The position numbers were made by a program, and so were the translations under genes. This document shows positions 24,401 to 39,400 of a stretch of 64,000 bases of DNA, in pieces; within the stretch, counting starts at the first letter, position 1, and the number at the start of each line of letters is the position of its first letter. The stretch is from assembly GCF_964355755.1 (NCBI RefSeq), contig NC_092670.1:35700388-35764387 (forward strand). Direction: 5' to 3'. The notes below the pieces were generated by a model. The model was not told the DNA's origin and did no database searches. It was given only the letters and a program-made list of their open reading frames with translations. Origin of the DNA: Antedon mediterranea (taxonomy: Eukaryota > Animalia > Echinodermata).

Positions 24401-27400
24401 AATATCTATATTGTTTTAATTTTTTTTCTTCATTTTTACAGTTTTATATTAAATTTAAAAGACCACCTACAAAAAAAGTTTGGATTCGAATTTCTAGAGA
24501 ATCCAGAACCACGTGAAATTAAACATTTATATTTTAAGGTAAGTTATTTTTTAAGTCGGAAATTGTTTTGTATTTTTAGCTGGTGGTCAAAGCCAATGAA
24601 CTTGCTTGACCACAAGCCTGACACGTACCAGGAATAATCTATTTCAATATACTATGACATTTCTTTAATCCAATATAATCCCCAACCCTGCGTTTCAATA
24701 TTTATGAAGCTCTGAGGAAGATATTTTAGCATTTTTAACTTCTTCAGAACAGGGCTTCTAAATTTGTGTTTCAGTCAAGGAAATTTAATCATGTCTCTCC
24801 TTTGCTTTCACAACTTCACTAGTTGCCTGTTAAAGAGAATTGTGTCTCTATGGCATTGTTCCACATTATCTTATCAACCAAACCATGTCCCACTACGTAG
24901 AGGGCTTCGTTCTGAAATGGATCCTCTTATGTTAACACCACCTAGAACCAACCTTAAATCTGTGCCAAAGGGCTTCTTTGCTCAGGCACCAGTACACTCC
25001 ATCTTTTAATTCAAATCTCTCCCGAAACTCACCTATTTTAATAGTTATTCTTTTCATGTCGCACTGTAAATATTATTAAATGATATTATTTTATTATTAA
25101 GTCTTTTTTTTTTTTTTTTCCTTACAGGAACGACGAAACATTGTTGAAATATCACCTTTAGTTTTTGTATATTGTTTACTTTTCTTGTACATATATTTTT
25201 CTGTCAGTAAGTACTAGTTATTTTTTTGTAAATTTAAAAATGTATCAATCATTACGTAATCTTTTAAAAATTATTTAAGCAATACTTAACTTAAATTTAA
25301 TTTAATAAATATATATAAACCTTCTTTTGTCAATTTCATTTATGCCTGTGTGGTCCTCTTGTGCTGTGACACTGAGAGTACGAAAACAAAAATTTAAATA
25401 AACACTTTAATACTATTGCTATATTATATTATTATTATACTATAATCATTTGCCTACGATCATTTTATATTTTGTTTTCTTTATTTGCAGGTAAAATTGA
25501 GATGGTGAAATCTAAGTGGGGCTTAGCATTCAGTGCTGTGTTTCAAGTTGTGTCATCTTTGGCTATGTCTGTCGGTATATGTTTATTGTTCGGACTGACA
25601 CCAACACTTCATGGCGGGTTAGTTTCAATATAAATAAAATCCGTTAAATTATAATATAAATACAGTACAATACTTATTGTGAAAATATTTTTGTCGTTAT
25701 TATTGTAGAACCCCTCATTCAGGACTGAACCTCTATTATATATACCTCTTTTCCCTGAAACAAATGGGTTGAAATGTTTGAACACAAATTCGCTCCTGAA
25801 GTTGTCCTCTTGATAGGACACTACAGTAATTATATTATTTGTTTTCTTGTAGTGAAATCTTTCCATATTTAGTGATAATTCTTGGTTTGGAAAACATACT
25901 AGTGCTGACAAAATCAGTGGTTTCTACTCCTGTGCACCTAGATGTCAAGAAGAGAATTGCTCAGGGTCAGTAATTTGATAATTTCATTTTGTATTTTTCA
26001 CTGTCAAAACTTTTCTTCTAGATCAAATGGTTATGCAATCGGTGGTGCTATAACACTACACACTCAATGTAATAATTCCTACTACCCCTAAACACTAGAG
26101 GGGCAGTGATTGCACAACAGCGTTTTAACTGTGGAGTATACTTCACCCTGGCTCATGTTAGACATCTTATTAGCAGCCGATTCCCAGTGCTGTATCTCCA
26201 CATACTGTCTATTTTCTTATTAGCAGAGTGACCTAACCCTTAACCTAACCTAATACAGGCACAACATGTGATGCTGTATTACCAAATATTCCTATGATAC
26301 TTCTGAAATAGATAGTATGTGGAGATACAGCACTGGGAATCGGGTGTTATTAGAGTATAATTATCATTGGCAGTCAATGTCTTACTAATGCTTGGTTCCC
26401 ACTAGATGCACAACACAATGACATAACGCAACGTAGGGGATTCTATCAATCACAATCGGTGGATTTATTCAACTTTCTCTTGTCATTGGTCCACTCGTTT
26501 GCATCTACGTCCTTGCGTTGCATCCCAGTGGGAACCAAGCTTAAATTAGAACTCTGTAAATATAAATGAAGGATTAATACATCCTTTTGATTACAAAAAT
26601 GGTTTTTTTTTGTCTAGGGCTTGAAAAGGAAAGTTGGTCAATCACTAAAAATCTATTTACAGAACTGATGATAATCCTAATGGGGTACTTTACATTTGTT
26701 CCAGCTATTCAGGTACAAATATAACATGTTCCCTCCTTCTATGAGTACATTCGGAAATCAATTTTTTGTTTCAAAACAAAAATTGAAAAAAGCTGTAATA
26801 CTTTAATTTCATGTGTTTTTTCTCGTATTCTAAAAGATTCAAAGTTGCATAGAAAATGGATTGAATTGCTTTATATATAATTTCATGTATACTTTTACGT
26901 GTGTTAACTAGTATCAGTATAGCCATAATAATGTGTTGTTTTGTAAACTATAGTAATCAATAATATAATAATGTCTACAGTCTACATCCAATAAATCCCA
27001 AAAGATAATCCACATGTATTTTAAGAGGCACTATATCTCAACAAATAATTATTAGTCCTTTCTCCATGACGGTTTTCACATAATGCTTTGTATTATGTTT
27101 TATTGTATTTATATGTTTCACATTGACAGTTTGTCTGAAATAAATTTGAATTGAATTGTTGAATTGAATTGAATATTGTAGAACCTTTGTTTTATGTACC
27201 CTATTTTTACGTTCCCTGAATTTTACTTACGCATAGTGACAGTTGCATGCTGTAAAGTAAAGTAGGCAAACACAGCAGCCTTTTTAGCCAAGATTACGTA
27301 TTTGGGGGTCAAGTTAAGGTCAAAATTGATTTTATGAATCCCATGTTTTACGTATGTCTTTCAGTCCCATACCGTACGTAAAATGTAGGTTCTTCTGTAC

Positions 27401-30400
27401 AATAGTTCCACTGTACAATATAAAGTATGAAAAAGAATGCTGTACAAAATATTAGAACTGGGTTTATATTCATCATTTATTTATTTAATATTTATTTTTG
27501 CAGGAGTTTTGTGTGTTTGCTGTTGTTGGACTCTTAACTGACTTCTTTCTTCAGATGTTTTTCTTTGTAACTGTGCTTTCAATTGATATTCGACGAATGG
27601 AAGTAAGTTTTGGTGTCATTCATACGACTAACATGCATACGATATTTTTTATACGAGTCTTGGAAAGTGAGTTACTTTTGGAAGATATAAATGTGATAAT
27701 GTGTTTGATTTCTTTATGTCCAGTGTTTACCACTGTAAGATATTTCACAAGATCTGTCTACACTATCAAACTTTATATGACAAAAAAATGTGATGTGCTC
27801 TTATAATAGATGATGTCTTATCACTACTATATTTGGGCATATCACTACCATATTTGGGCACATCAAACTTTTTTTGTCAATCTAATTTGATAGTATAGAC
27901 AGAGCTTCACTTTAGAGAATTGTTTATGTGTAAATGGTTAATATGGAACCTAGGATTAGTAGGCATGTTATAACCACTAAACTCTAAACAATCACTATGA
28001 TATTTTAAAACGCAGTAGTATCGAACAGCCATTTTATATACTTACAGTTATCAGACCTCCAGAAAACAAGCATACAAGAGGAGCTACAGACACCACCGGT
28101 TACCATGACACCACGAAGCATATCTCGTACCAAATCCGTCCCCGACTCTATTAATATGATGTCTCCTGGCAAGCAACGTATGCTGCAGACTCGTTTACCA
28201 CCAGCTACTCCCCTGTTTCGCAAGATTCCAAAACGTTTGAGACTTGTGTACTTCTGGGCGAGTACGCGTGTTGTACAAAGACTTATAATGGTAAGGAAAT
28301 AATTTATGGGTAAAATTTAAAATTGTGTTTTGTAAATAGTACATAAAACAATAAGAGCCTTTCACACCTGCTCCGGTCCGGCGACGGCAAATCCAAGCGA
28401 ACGTAAATGTTTTTACGCGTCTACTCGCATATCGATTGGCGCATAGCTGCTTGGAGCGTTGTGTAAACGAAACAATGGCGTTCGCTTCTCCGGACCGGAA
28501 CCGTGTCAGAACAGGTGTGAAAAGCCCTTTACTAGAGACAAAGGTTTTATTGTCAAACAGTGTGTGTTTCTAATTCAAAAAGTTAATTATGTTAACAAAC
28601 TAATTGCTTATTTAACACTTTCATCAAAGTGTTTCACTATAGATTTGTTTTTTTTAATGCGTTTTTTTATATAAGTTCAGTTGACTAGATGATGTCGCAG
28701 GACACCTGGTAACCACCTACACACATCTTAAAGTGTTCTAGCACGATCTAGATGTGTACACTGAACAAGTTTTAATAAAAGGACACAAGATTTTTATGGT
28801 TATTATTTGCTGCACCCCTGCCCTAACCGCTTGCTATCTCCATAGTGGAGCTGTAGCTTGATGGTTTACATGCTTGTCTTCAATCCCAAGGTCCGGGGTT
28901 CAATCCTGACCTAGTGCCACGGTTGTATTAAACTCAATACTCTTTCAATTCCATACCCTAAGCCTTAAATAAGCACGATAAATTATTAAATAGCTTATCC
29001 ATCCTGTAATTGGCGAGTTATTGATGTTGTATGTGTATGACATAATATAAAACATTACTAAACACTGTTTCTACTGACTGCTTGCCATCTCCACATTACT
29101 AAGACTGTTTCGATTGACTGTTCTGCAGGTCAGTACTGTTTTATGGATAATCTTCACAAGTTTGTTTGTGTACAAGTCCGGTCTGGTTGACCATCTCACC
29201 GATATTAACCACGCCAACTACACTAAAGCTGACGTTTCACTTCCCACCAATAAAGGAGATGCAGTTTACCCGCACGACAATTCTGCGAAACCCAATCAGG
29301 ATGTTTTAAGACAAAATGGAGAACGCAAGGATACATCACTGGGAAAGTCACATGAGGGTGGTACAACACAGAATCTATTTTTGAAAGAGTATTCGAATGA
29401 GTTGTCGCCTCTTCAGTGGCCTACACTCTTTGGCTACTATAATAAAACTCTTAAAGGAAGGTAAGCTGATCAAACTACATTGAAAACATACATGGCAGGG
29501 TGTATATAGCTTGAATGACTTGTTTTGTTCATTCCTAGGCAAGACATTATTCAGGAATATATTTTAGACCCATCTACAATAATATTAATATCTTAATTCT
29601 AAGTAGTAGTTAATAATCACTACGTTCATTTCAGATACATAAGTTTATTACCACTAGAGCACATATTTATAAACATCGATCCCAAGGAAGCAATAGCTAT
29701 GAGAACGGTTGGATCCCATCATTTACCTGACGATCTCCTCGATCCAGAAGGAGGCGAGGATTACGACTACCAAACACGTGCCTACAGGCTCCTGCAGGAA
29801 TCACAGTGGGATTACTACGTGACCATGTCATTAGGAGTGGCTAGCGGCGCTTCGCTTGTTATTCTTATTCTTCTACTTTGCAAGTGCGTATCATTGAAGC
29901 GGTTACGTAGACAACGGTACAAGAAGTGCCATCATGATGACATCATCAGGTCGGTTCAGAACGCTAATGAATCGGTGCCATTAGTACTACAGGGTCATAA
30001 ACAGGTTAGTTGTTTTGTTTGATTTGTCACATTGTTCGTAATCACTTGAAAAAAATTAAATGACCTTACAGTAAAGTAATTTCACGTTTTGTCCAGCTTG
30101 CAGCCAGACACCAGTTGATATGTCGTTAGGTTACCAATTGACTCCTCTCACCTTATAGTAGCCAATATACTAAGTTTAATTGCATGTAAATTCCTCATGT
30201 TAAATCTCCGCTCTGTCATTGTTCAGGATGTCGAATGTATTGTAAGTGAAGCTGGATGGATTTTCAGCTCTTGTTTATCTGGTGAGATCAGGAGATGGGA
30301 TCCAGCTACTGGTGATTGTATGCTGGTCATTGAAAGAAAGAGGTAATTAGTAGCAGGTTCCCTTTTAATGTATATTGGAAATAAACTGTTTTTCTGGAGA

Positions 30401-33400
30401 GATGGGTTTCCAGAGGTCCTAAATTCTCCAAAATAAGTGTGTTTTCCCTGATTTTTAATGCAAATCCCAGCCTCCCAAAATGAGTTATTTTCCCCTGAAA
30501 ATCTGGACTATTTAGCCTAGAGAGGTTTTTCATTGAAGACATCTTAAAACATGTTATTTTACAGTTAACACCCCTGGCACTGTTTATAATGATGCCCAGT
30601 ATTTAAATCAAGGTACTGGTAACTGTATAAAGAGAACAGTCAAATTGTGTGTTTAAAATGTTATCCATTATTCTGGTGAGATCCTGCTAGTCATTTAAAG
30701 AAAAAAAATATTTGTGAATGAAGTTTTCATGATAATTTAACTCCACTGCTTTTTCCTTTCAGCAAACCAAAAAATCGAATTGGTCATACATGTCCCTGCT
30801 ATGACTCGTACCCAACACCTAGTGTAGGTTATACACATACACCGAGACGACGATTGTCCTCCGCACCAGATAAACAGTCTATGTATTGCCAGACTTGGAA
30901 AGATGTCCTAGACAACCAACCAGATCTGACTGAAAGCATCAGGACAAATTTTGGAGAACCTGTTAAATCTGAATATTCAGAAGATTTATATGGCAGCTCT
31001 CTTGAGTGTGGAGGTGGAGATGCAGGACCTCAACCGTCTCCTTCTGGTGGCTACTGCTTTAACCAAAGATTTCATTCCTATTATAAAACCCATCCAACCA
31101 GTCCCAAAGACAGTGCAGCCAAAGGTTTTCCACGACCACACAACATGCCATCCAGTATATATGGATCTCACACCATTACACAACCACAACCGAATCCTCC
31201 TTTTGTGCCTGGACATAACCGTAGTAGATCTACTGGTGTTTTAAAAATTGACACTGTGAGTCAGCCTCTGCGATCGCCGCGGAATGTCTCTTTCGAGGAT
31301 CAAAGGCCAGATCATGAGCATGTGTTTGATCGTGGAGGAGTGTCTGGTGGTTCACCTGAGATGCAACTGGTGCCACCAATATGGTGCTTAGCATGTAACG
31401 ATACTGTTATTGCTGCAGGTTGCAGCAATGGTAGAGTAGAGGTAGGTGTTTTTTAAAGAATCATAATTTTATTGATTATATGTTTATGTCAAATCATTTT
31501 ATTTGCAAGGCATGAACGAACTGCTTGATACAAATGCAGAGCAAATTAGATAAATAAATGAAATGAATTTTATTTCGACTGTTTCTTGAAAAATTAATTA
31601 ATTATCTATATATAAATTTACGTAAGGGCAAAATTCGGTAAATCGCGCCTTACTTCTAGAATTTTCACTCGATGGTATGTAAAGTTGGTTCGTACTTTCG
31701 GTACTGATTTTAACCGCCTGATGTAACCCTGTTTACTAATTAAATTGAGTTAAATAATTAGTTATTGACGATTAAAACGAATTTAGGTTCAACGATTTGC
31801 CCCAAATAGGGGTGTTTTCCGATCGTGGTATACACTGTCTAATGGATGTCCATCTTGAAAAATACCCGCCAAAAAAATGCGAGGAGGCTTCGCATTTTTC
31901 TATCTCCTCCTACGATAATTGTTTTTAATAGCTGAAAACCGGTTGAACAGCTAGAGTAAACCATCATAATGTTGAAGACAGGCCGATTTTCTTTAAAAAA
32001 TACTATTTTGATAGATTTAATAAACGATTATACAAATGTATTGATTTGCGATGAATGGAACATCCCAATCTCTCAGTCTGCCAGAGTTTGGTTTAACACA
32101 AGTACTGTAGGTAAATTTATGAGCCCTTTGAGAATAAACTTGCAATACTTTGACAATACTGTAAATACCTATTAACTATTTTTCATTTGAATCGAACATT
32201 TCTTACTGTGAATGTTCGTACTGTTAGATGTAATATAAAAATATATACAAATAAACTTTATTACTGAGACTGTGGATAGGCTCTACTGTTAGATATACAA
32301 ATAAACTTTATACTGACAGTTCCTTCTCAACGTTTGTATTAATTAATAATTACCAAAAATATAAACGTCGTAGTGGTGTATCGTGACATGTACTTTAATA
32401 TTTCAATCGATTATGACAGTGACAGTTTTAACAAAGTATTAAATCGCAAATGTTTTAGGCCTACTGTATTTAGAGGTATATTATTTATAGGCCTATAAAA
32501 CATGAACAAAATATTTCGTTACTCAGTGGATAAAGAATATATTTAAAAATTGTTCCTCTTTGTACCTATCCGCTTTCCCATCCCTCAACCCTAATGTTAC
32601 ATAGCGAGGAGGCTTCGCATTTCCCTATCTCCTCCTACGCTAATTGTTTTTAATAGCTGAAAACCGGTTGAACAGCTAGAGTACACCATCATAATGTTGA
32701 AGACAGGCCGATTTTCTTTAAAAAATACTATTTTGATAGATTGCTAGAGTACACCATCATAATGTTGAAGACAGGCCGATTTTCTTTAAAAAATACTATT
32801 TTGATAGATTTAATATACGATTATACAAATGTATTGATTTGCGATGAATGGAACATCCCAATCTCTCAGTCTGCCAGAGTTTGGTTTAACACAAGTACTG
32901 TAGGTAAATTTATGAGCCCTTGGTTTAACACATACGGTAGGTAAATATATGGGCCCTTTGAGAATAAACTTGCAATAGGTTCGGAAAATGTTAAAAACCA
33001 ATTTCTATTATTTGAATCGGTAAACAGTTTCCATTTATTATACATTGATAATGAAACATGAAATATTCCTATTTATGTCCCTCGAGGTTCATTACAATTT
33101 ATATTTAGTAGTCCCACGGACTTCATCTTAGCCACTCCCCCGAGTGCTAAGGCCAAATTTATGATACCCTACTTTCTATGTAAGTTTAGTTACAGTTAGT
33201 TCTTGACGATAATACAACGAATTTAGGTTACACCCTTCGGCCGCGAAAACGTTTCTGTACAAATATGATACCGATTGGCTTTATTTCATTCAACAGCGAC
33301 CATAATCTCGCCAATTACAGGATAGATAAACTATTTTATTATTGATGTGCTTATAAATTAAGACTCATGTAAACAGCTTGATTACATCATTTTACAGACA

Positions 33401-36400
33401 AACGAAACTTTTTTAAACCTACTGTTTCAATAACTGAGTATAATACTGTATACGTTTTCATTGACGAGATTGTAATAGTAACTTCAGTAACTATTACAGT
33501 ACTTATTTATTATACGACACAAGACAATTGTATCTGACAGGTACGTACATTATTCTAAAAAATAAGTCTAGATAGATCCCTTAGGCGTCATAAATCACAG
33601 GCCAACAAATCAGTACTCATGACAGAAATTCGACCCAGTTTGGTTCACACAAATGTTTACAGGAATTTCAACACCACAACCGATGATTTGCCCTAAATAT
33701 TTAGGTAGACTACAGTTTAATTTTTCACTGAATAGGAGCTTGCATTTCCGATTTCCATTTCGCAGAATGTCTAGGTCTATTTATTTAGTTTGGTTCTTAT
33801 AATATATAAATACAATCAACTTTATTACTGCGGTTCCATCACCACCACCACGTGTCGCCCAATTCCCGTACATACATTTCCATTTCTCCCTAATTTCTTT
33901 AATCCACATAAATTAATTGTCCTTTATGGAATCCAGTATTGGTTTTGTTGTCTCTATTTCTGAATACCCCAATTAGGGGGACACTTCCGTTTTTGTTTAG
34001 TGTCCCAAAAAAGTCCCCGTCCGTGGATTCTACTGTATTCGAGAACCATCTGTGAGCACCCCTAGATGGTACGCGAGCGAAGCGAGCGTGCCATCTAGTA
34101 TATATAATTTTGTGTATGAAATTCAACTTTAAAGTTATTGCCAAATAGTTTTGTTTATGTTTCTTTATATTGTTTTCTTTTATTTAGATATGGGATGCTG
34201 GGAATGGTTCATTACTGTGTTATTTTGAGTCATCATCGTCTGGGGTCTCTGCTATGTGTATATATGGTAACATGTATGTATTTCTTTTTGTAGTTTGCTG
34301 GACAATTCCATTATTTTTTTACTGATTACCAGAGCTAGTATTTTTTTCTTTTTTCAAGTGTTTGCCTGAAAAATGTATCAAGTTTAGTTTTCTTATATGG
34401 AATAAAGTGTGTGATGTAAGATTTCAGAAAAAAAACCCAATTACTGTACTGTATATTGACAAATAATTACCACATATCTGTAGGCCACTCTCTAGCCAGT
34501 TCAAATGAGTTTTTACAAGAAATACTTACTAATTAATTTTCATGAATCAGGGTTTCCCTGGGTACCACCTCAAAGTCGGCCCAATTTCGTGTTCTATGAT
34601 TATACCAGAGGATCTATGGTAAGCAAAATCAATGTTTAAATTATTTAAGATGATAATTTTGCAAAGCATGTTTGGTAAATCTACCCCTATTGCTACCTTA
34701 GTGATATTAATGATTTTGTATTTATTTTTCATAGGCTTGTTGTAGCTAGGTTAGATGGTACGTTAGATTTCTTACACCTTGTAAATAGCAGTTCAACTTA
34801 TGTACAAGATTTCACAGATTCCTATGAGAATAAAGGTAAGATCTCATTAAGATCTGTTATCCATGTCACACTATCAAAAACAGTGTGATGTGCCCAAATG
34901 TGGTAGTTATATGCTTAAATATAGTAGTGATATGCTTAAATATAGTAGTGATAAGACATCCTCATGTCCATAAATGGGCACATCACATTTTTTTGGTCAC
35001 ATAAAGTTTGATAGTGTAGACAGAATTAAAAAATATATTACTGTAGACTGTTAATTATTAACAAAATTGTTAAACCGATATTTCATAATCATATTGATTA
35101 ATAATAGGCTACACTAGCTGTCGAGTTCTACCATGTAAACCCCATTTATTATGGTGAGAATAACACTATACTATTTTGTTTGTTTACAGGGTCTTTTAAC
35201 CGACATTTTGTAGAGAATGAGTATTTTTCCGGGTCAATGTGGGAATGTCACCGTGTTTGTCAAATGCGAGCTCATCAACTACTGATAAACGAAGTGGTCA
35301 TCTTGACTGGTCAGGTGGTCACAGCTAGTGATGACCACACACTTAAGGTACAACAAGTTTAGTTATATTTTCAGAAGATCTATAAATGTATACCACCTGA
35401 ATAACTGTACTCGGCCAAATATGGTACATGTATCAGATCTATATAGCACCAGTATATTAATAAAGACTAAAATCAAAACTAGAAGAAACCTGAACTATTT
35501 CTACTTTCAACTACTCTATTTATTTTTGTTGATTGCTTAATAATTGTTGACTGTATGTATCTTTGTTATTAAAAAAAAATATACTAAACTATTATTTTTA
35601 ATAGGTTTTTCGCCTTGAAGATTGTTTGTATTTATCAACATTACGGGGACATACAGGTGCAGTAACCGTGGTAACAGTAGATAAGGTAACCTTAAACATA
35701 TACTGTATATATTGTATAATTAAACAGCTTCCTACAATTTGTGACGTTTTGTAAAAATAATACATATGAATACTTTAAAAACATTAAACTAGGTCATTTC
35801 TTGTCTTAAATGTACGTTTTATGGTAAATTATGATAAAAAGTGAGAAATAAGGCACTGCCTAAGTAGCTCGCGGCGAGTGACCTCTCGTGGACGGTTTTT
35901 AGGCCTAGCCTAGCTAAGTTTAGTTTTGTAGGCCTAGCTGGTAAACATCAGTAACGTACGAACATCGTACGCTAGCTATATACCTAGCCTGACGTTGTAT
36001 AGTTGCTGCATTAATTGTCTTTCTATTTTTTCCCGACTCCGTTGAAACAAATTGGGGAAAACCCGGTATTTTCGCTGAAAAGTTAGGAGTCTTCCATTTG
36101 TTTTGGCCTCACGATCGATCGAAAAGTGGGTTAATTACAGAAGAAAAACAAAAATATCAATCTGCGCACAATGCATTTATGGGATTTATAGCGGGCCGCT
36201 ATAATTATTAGAATCAACTTATTTTTCACATTTTTAACCATTTAAAGACGAAAAAAGTTATCGCAATAGGACCATATAGTATTATTTTTACATTAAATAT
36301 AGTTTGTGATCTTAAATTAGATCTAAAAAATGTAGGGAAAGTGTCTTTAAACTATTCTTTAGTAAATTTTATACTACCTGTTGTTACAGTAGAGTTGAGT

Positions 36401-39400
36401 TGTGGCTTTATGTAGAGCATCTTATGTGTATGTTTGTCTTGTGAACAGGATTGTGTACTTGTCAACTGGTTTAACTAAAAGTTAATCTGTATTTATTTAA
36501 TATCCATTGAAACCTCACCTTTAAGATGGATAGTGAATAATAAGTAATTCAACAATTACAGGATAGATAAACTATAATTTATCATGCTTATAAGGTCTCT
36601 TTTGAGGCTTGGGGAGTGGAGTAAAAAGAGTTGGGAGTTACAAACCATGGCACTCAACCATGGAACTAGGTCAGGATTATCATGCTTATAAGGTCTCTTT
36701 TGAGGCTTGGGGAGTGGAGTAAAAAGAGTTGGGAGTTACAAACCATGGCACTCAACCATGGCACTAGGTCAGGATTATCATGCTTATAAGGTCTCTTTTG
36801 AGGCTAGAGGAGTGGAGTAGAAAGAGTTGTGAGTTACAAACCATGGCACTCAACCATGGCACTAGGTCAGGATTATCATGCTTATAAGGTCTCTTTTGAG
36901 GCTTGGGGAGTGGAGTAAAAAGAGTTGGGAGTTACAAACCATGGCACTCAACCATGGCACTAGGTCAGGATTATCATGCTTATAAGGTCTCTTTTGAGGC
37001 TAGAGGAGTGGAGTAGAAAGAGTTGTGAGTTACAAACCATGGCACTCAACCATGGCACTAGGTCAGGATTATCATGCTTATAAGGTCTCTTTTGAGGCTT
37101 GGGGAGTGGAGTAAAAAGAGTTGGGAGTTTCAAACCATGGCACTCAACCATGGAACTAGGTCAGGATTATCATGCTTATAAGGTCTCTTTTGAGGCTTGG
37201 AGAGTGGAGTAAAAAGAGTTGGGAGTTATAAACCATGGCACTCAACCATGGCACTAGGTCAGGATTATCATGCTTATAAGGTCTCTTTTGAGGCTAGAGG
37301 AGTGGAGTAGAAAGAGTTGTGAGTTACAAACCATGGCACTCAACCATGGCACTAGGTCAGGATTATCATGCTTATAAGGTCTCTTTTGAGGCTTGGGGAG
37401 TGGAGTAAAAAGAGTTGGGAGTTACAAACCATGGCACTCAACCATGGCACTAGGTCAGGATTATCATGCTTATAAGGTCTCTTTTGAGGCTAGAGGAGTG
37501 GAGTAGAAAGAGTTGTGAGTTACAAACCATGGCACTCAACCATGGCACTAGGTCAGGATTATCATGCTTATAAGGTCTCTTTTGAGGCTTGGAGAGTGGA
37601 GTAAAAAGAGTTGGGAGTTACAAACCATGGCACTAGGTCAAGATTATCATGCTTATAAGGTCTCTTTTGAGGCTTGGGGAGTGGAGTAAAAAGAGTTGGG
37701 AGTTACAAACCATGGCACTCAACCATGGAACTAGGTCAGGATTATCATGCTTATAAGGTCTCTTTTGAGGCTTGGGGAGTGGAGTAAAAAGAGTTGGGAG
37801 TTACAAACCATGGCACTCAACCATGGAACTAGGTCAGGATTATCATGCTTATAAGGTCTCTTTTGAGGCTTGGAGAGTGGAGTAAAAAGAGTTGGGAGTT
37901 ACAAACCATGGCACTCAACCATGGAACTAGGTCAGGATTATCATGCTTATAAGGTCTCTTTTGAGGCTTGGAGAGTGGAGTAAAAAGAGTTGGGAGTTAC
38001 AAACCATGGCACTCAACCATGGAACTAGGTCAGGATTATCATGCTTATAAGGTCTCTTTTGAGGCTTGGGGAGTGGAGTAAAAAGAGTTGTGAGTTACAA
38101 ACCATGGCACTAGGTCAGGATTATCATGCTTATAAGGTCTCTTTTGAGGCTTGGGGAGTGGAGTAAAAAGAGTTGGGAGTTACAAACCATGGCACTCAAC
38201 CATGAAACTAGGTCAGGATTATCATGCTTATAAGGTCTCTTTTGAGGCTTGGGGAGTGGAGTAGAAAGAGTTGTGAATTACAAACCATGGCACTAGGTCA
38301 AGATTATCATGCTTATAAGGTCTCTTTTGAGGCTTGGGGAGTGGAGTAAAAAGAGTTGTGAATTACAAACCATGGCACTAGGTCAGGATTATCATGCTTA
38401 TAAGGTCTCTTTTGAGGCTTGGGGAGTGGAGTAAAAAGAGTTGTGAGTTACAAACCATGGCACTAGGTCAGGATTATCATGCTTATAAGGTCTCTTTTGA
38501 GGCTTGGGGAGTGGAGTAAAAAGAGTTGGGAGTTACAAACCATTGCACTCAACCATGAAACTAGGTCAGGATTATCATGCTTATAAGGTCTCTTTTGAGG
38601 CTTGGGGAGTGGAGTAGAAAGAGTTGTGAATTACAAACCATGGCACTAGGTCAAGATTATCATGCTTATAAGGTCTCTTTTGAGGCTTGGGGAGTGGAGT
38701 AAAAAGAGTTGTGAATTACAAACCATGGCACTAGGTCAGGATTATCATGCTTATAAGGTCTCTTTTGAGGCTTGGGGAGTGGAGTAAAAAGAGTTGTGAA
38801 TTACAAACCATGGCACTAGGTCAGGATTATCATGCTTATAAGGTCTCTTTTGAGGCTTGGGGAGTGGAGTAAAAAGTGTTGTGAGTTACAAACCATGGCA
38901 CTAGGTCAGGATTATCATGCTTATAAGGTCTCTTTTGAGGCTTGGGGAGTGGAGTAGAAAGAGTTGTGAGTTACAAACCATGGCACTCAACCATGGAACT
39001 AGGTCAGGATTATCATGCTTATAAGGTCTCTTTTGAGGCTTGGGGAGTGGAGTAGAAAGAGTTGTGAATTACAAACCATGGCACTAGGTCAAGATTATCA
39101 TGCTTATAAGGTCTCTTTTGAGGCTTGGGGAGTGGAGTAGAAAGAGTTGTGAGTTACAAACCATGGCACTCAACCATGGAACTAGGTCAGGATTATCATG
39201 CTTATAAGGTCTCTTTTGAGGCTTGGGGAGTGGAGTAGAAAGAGTTGTGAATTACAAACCATGGCACTAGGTCAAGATTATCATGCTTATAAGGTCTCTT
39301 TTGAGGCTTGGGGAGTGGAGTAGAAAGAGTTGTGAATTACAAACCATGGCACTCAACCATGGAACTAGGTCAGGATTGAACCCTGGACTTTAGATTTGGA

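Noticed and set aside
31969-33001. Duplicated small ORFs [11 protein letters not shown]...
   Set aside because: Internal duplication of a non-coding Helitron.
36579-39377. CRISPR-like regular array
   Set aside because: No unique spacers, eukaryotic intron, no cas genes; it is a tandem repeat.
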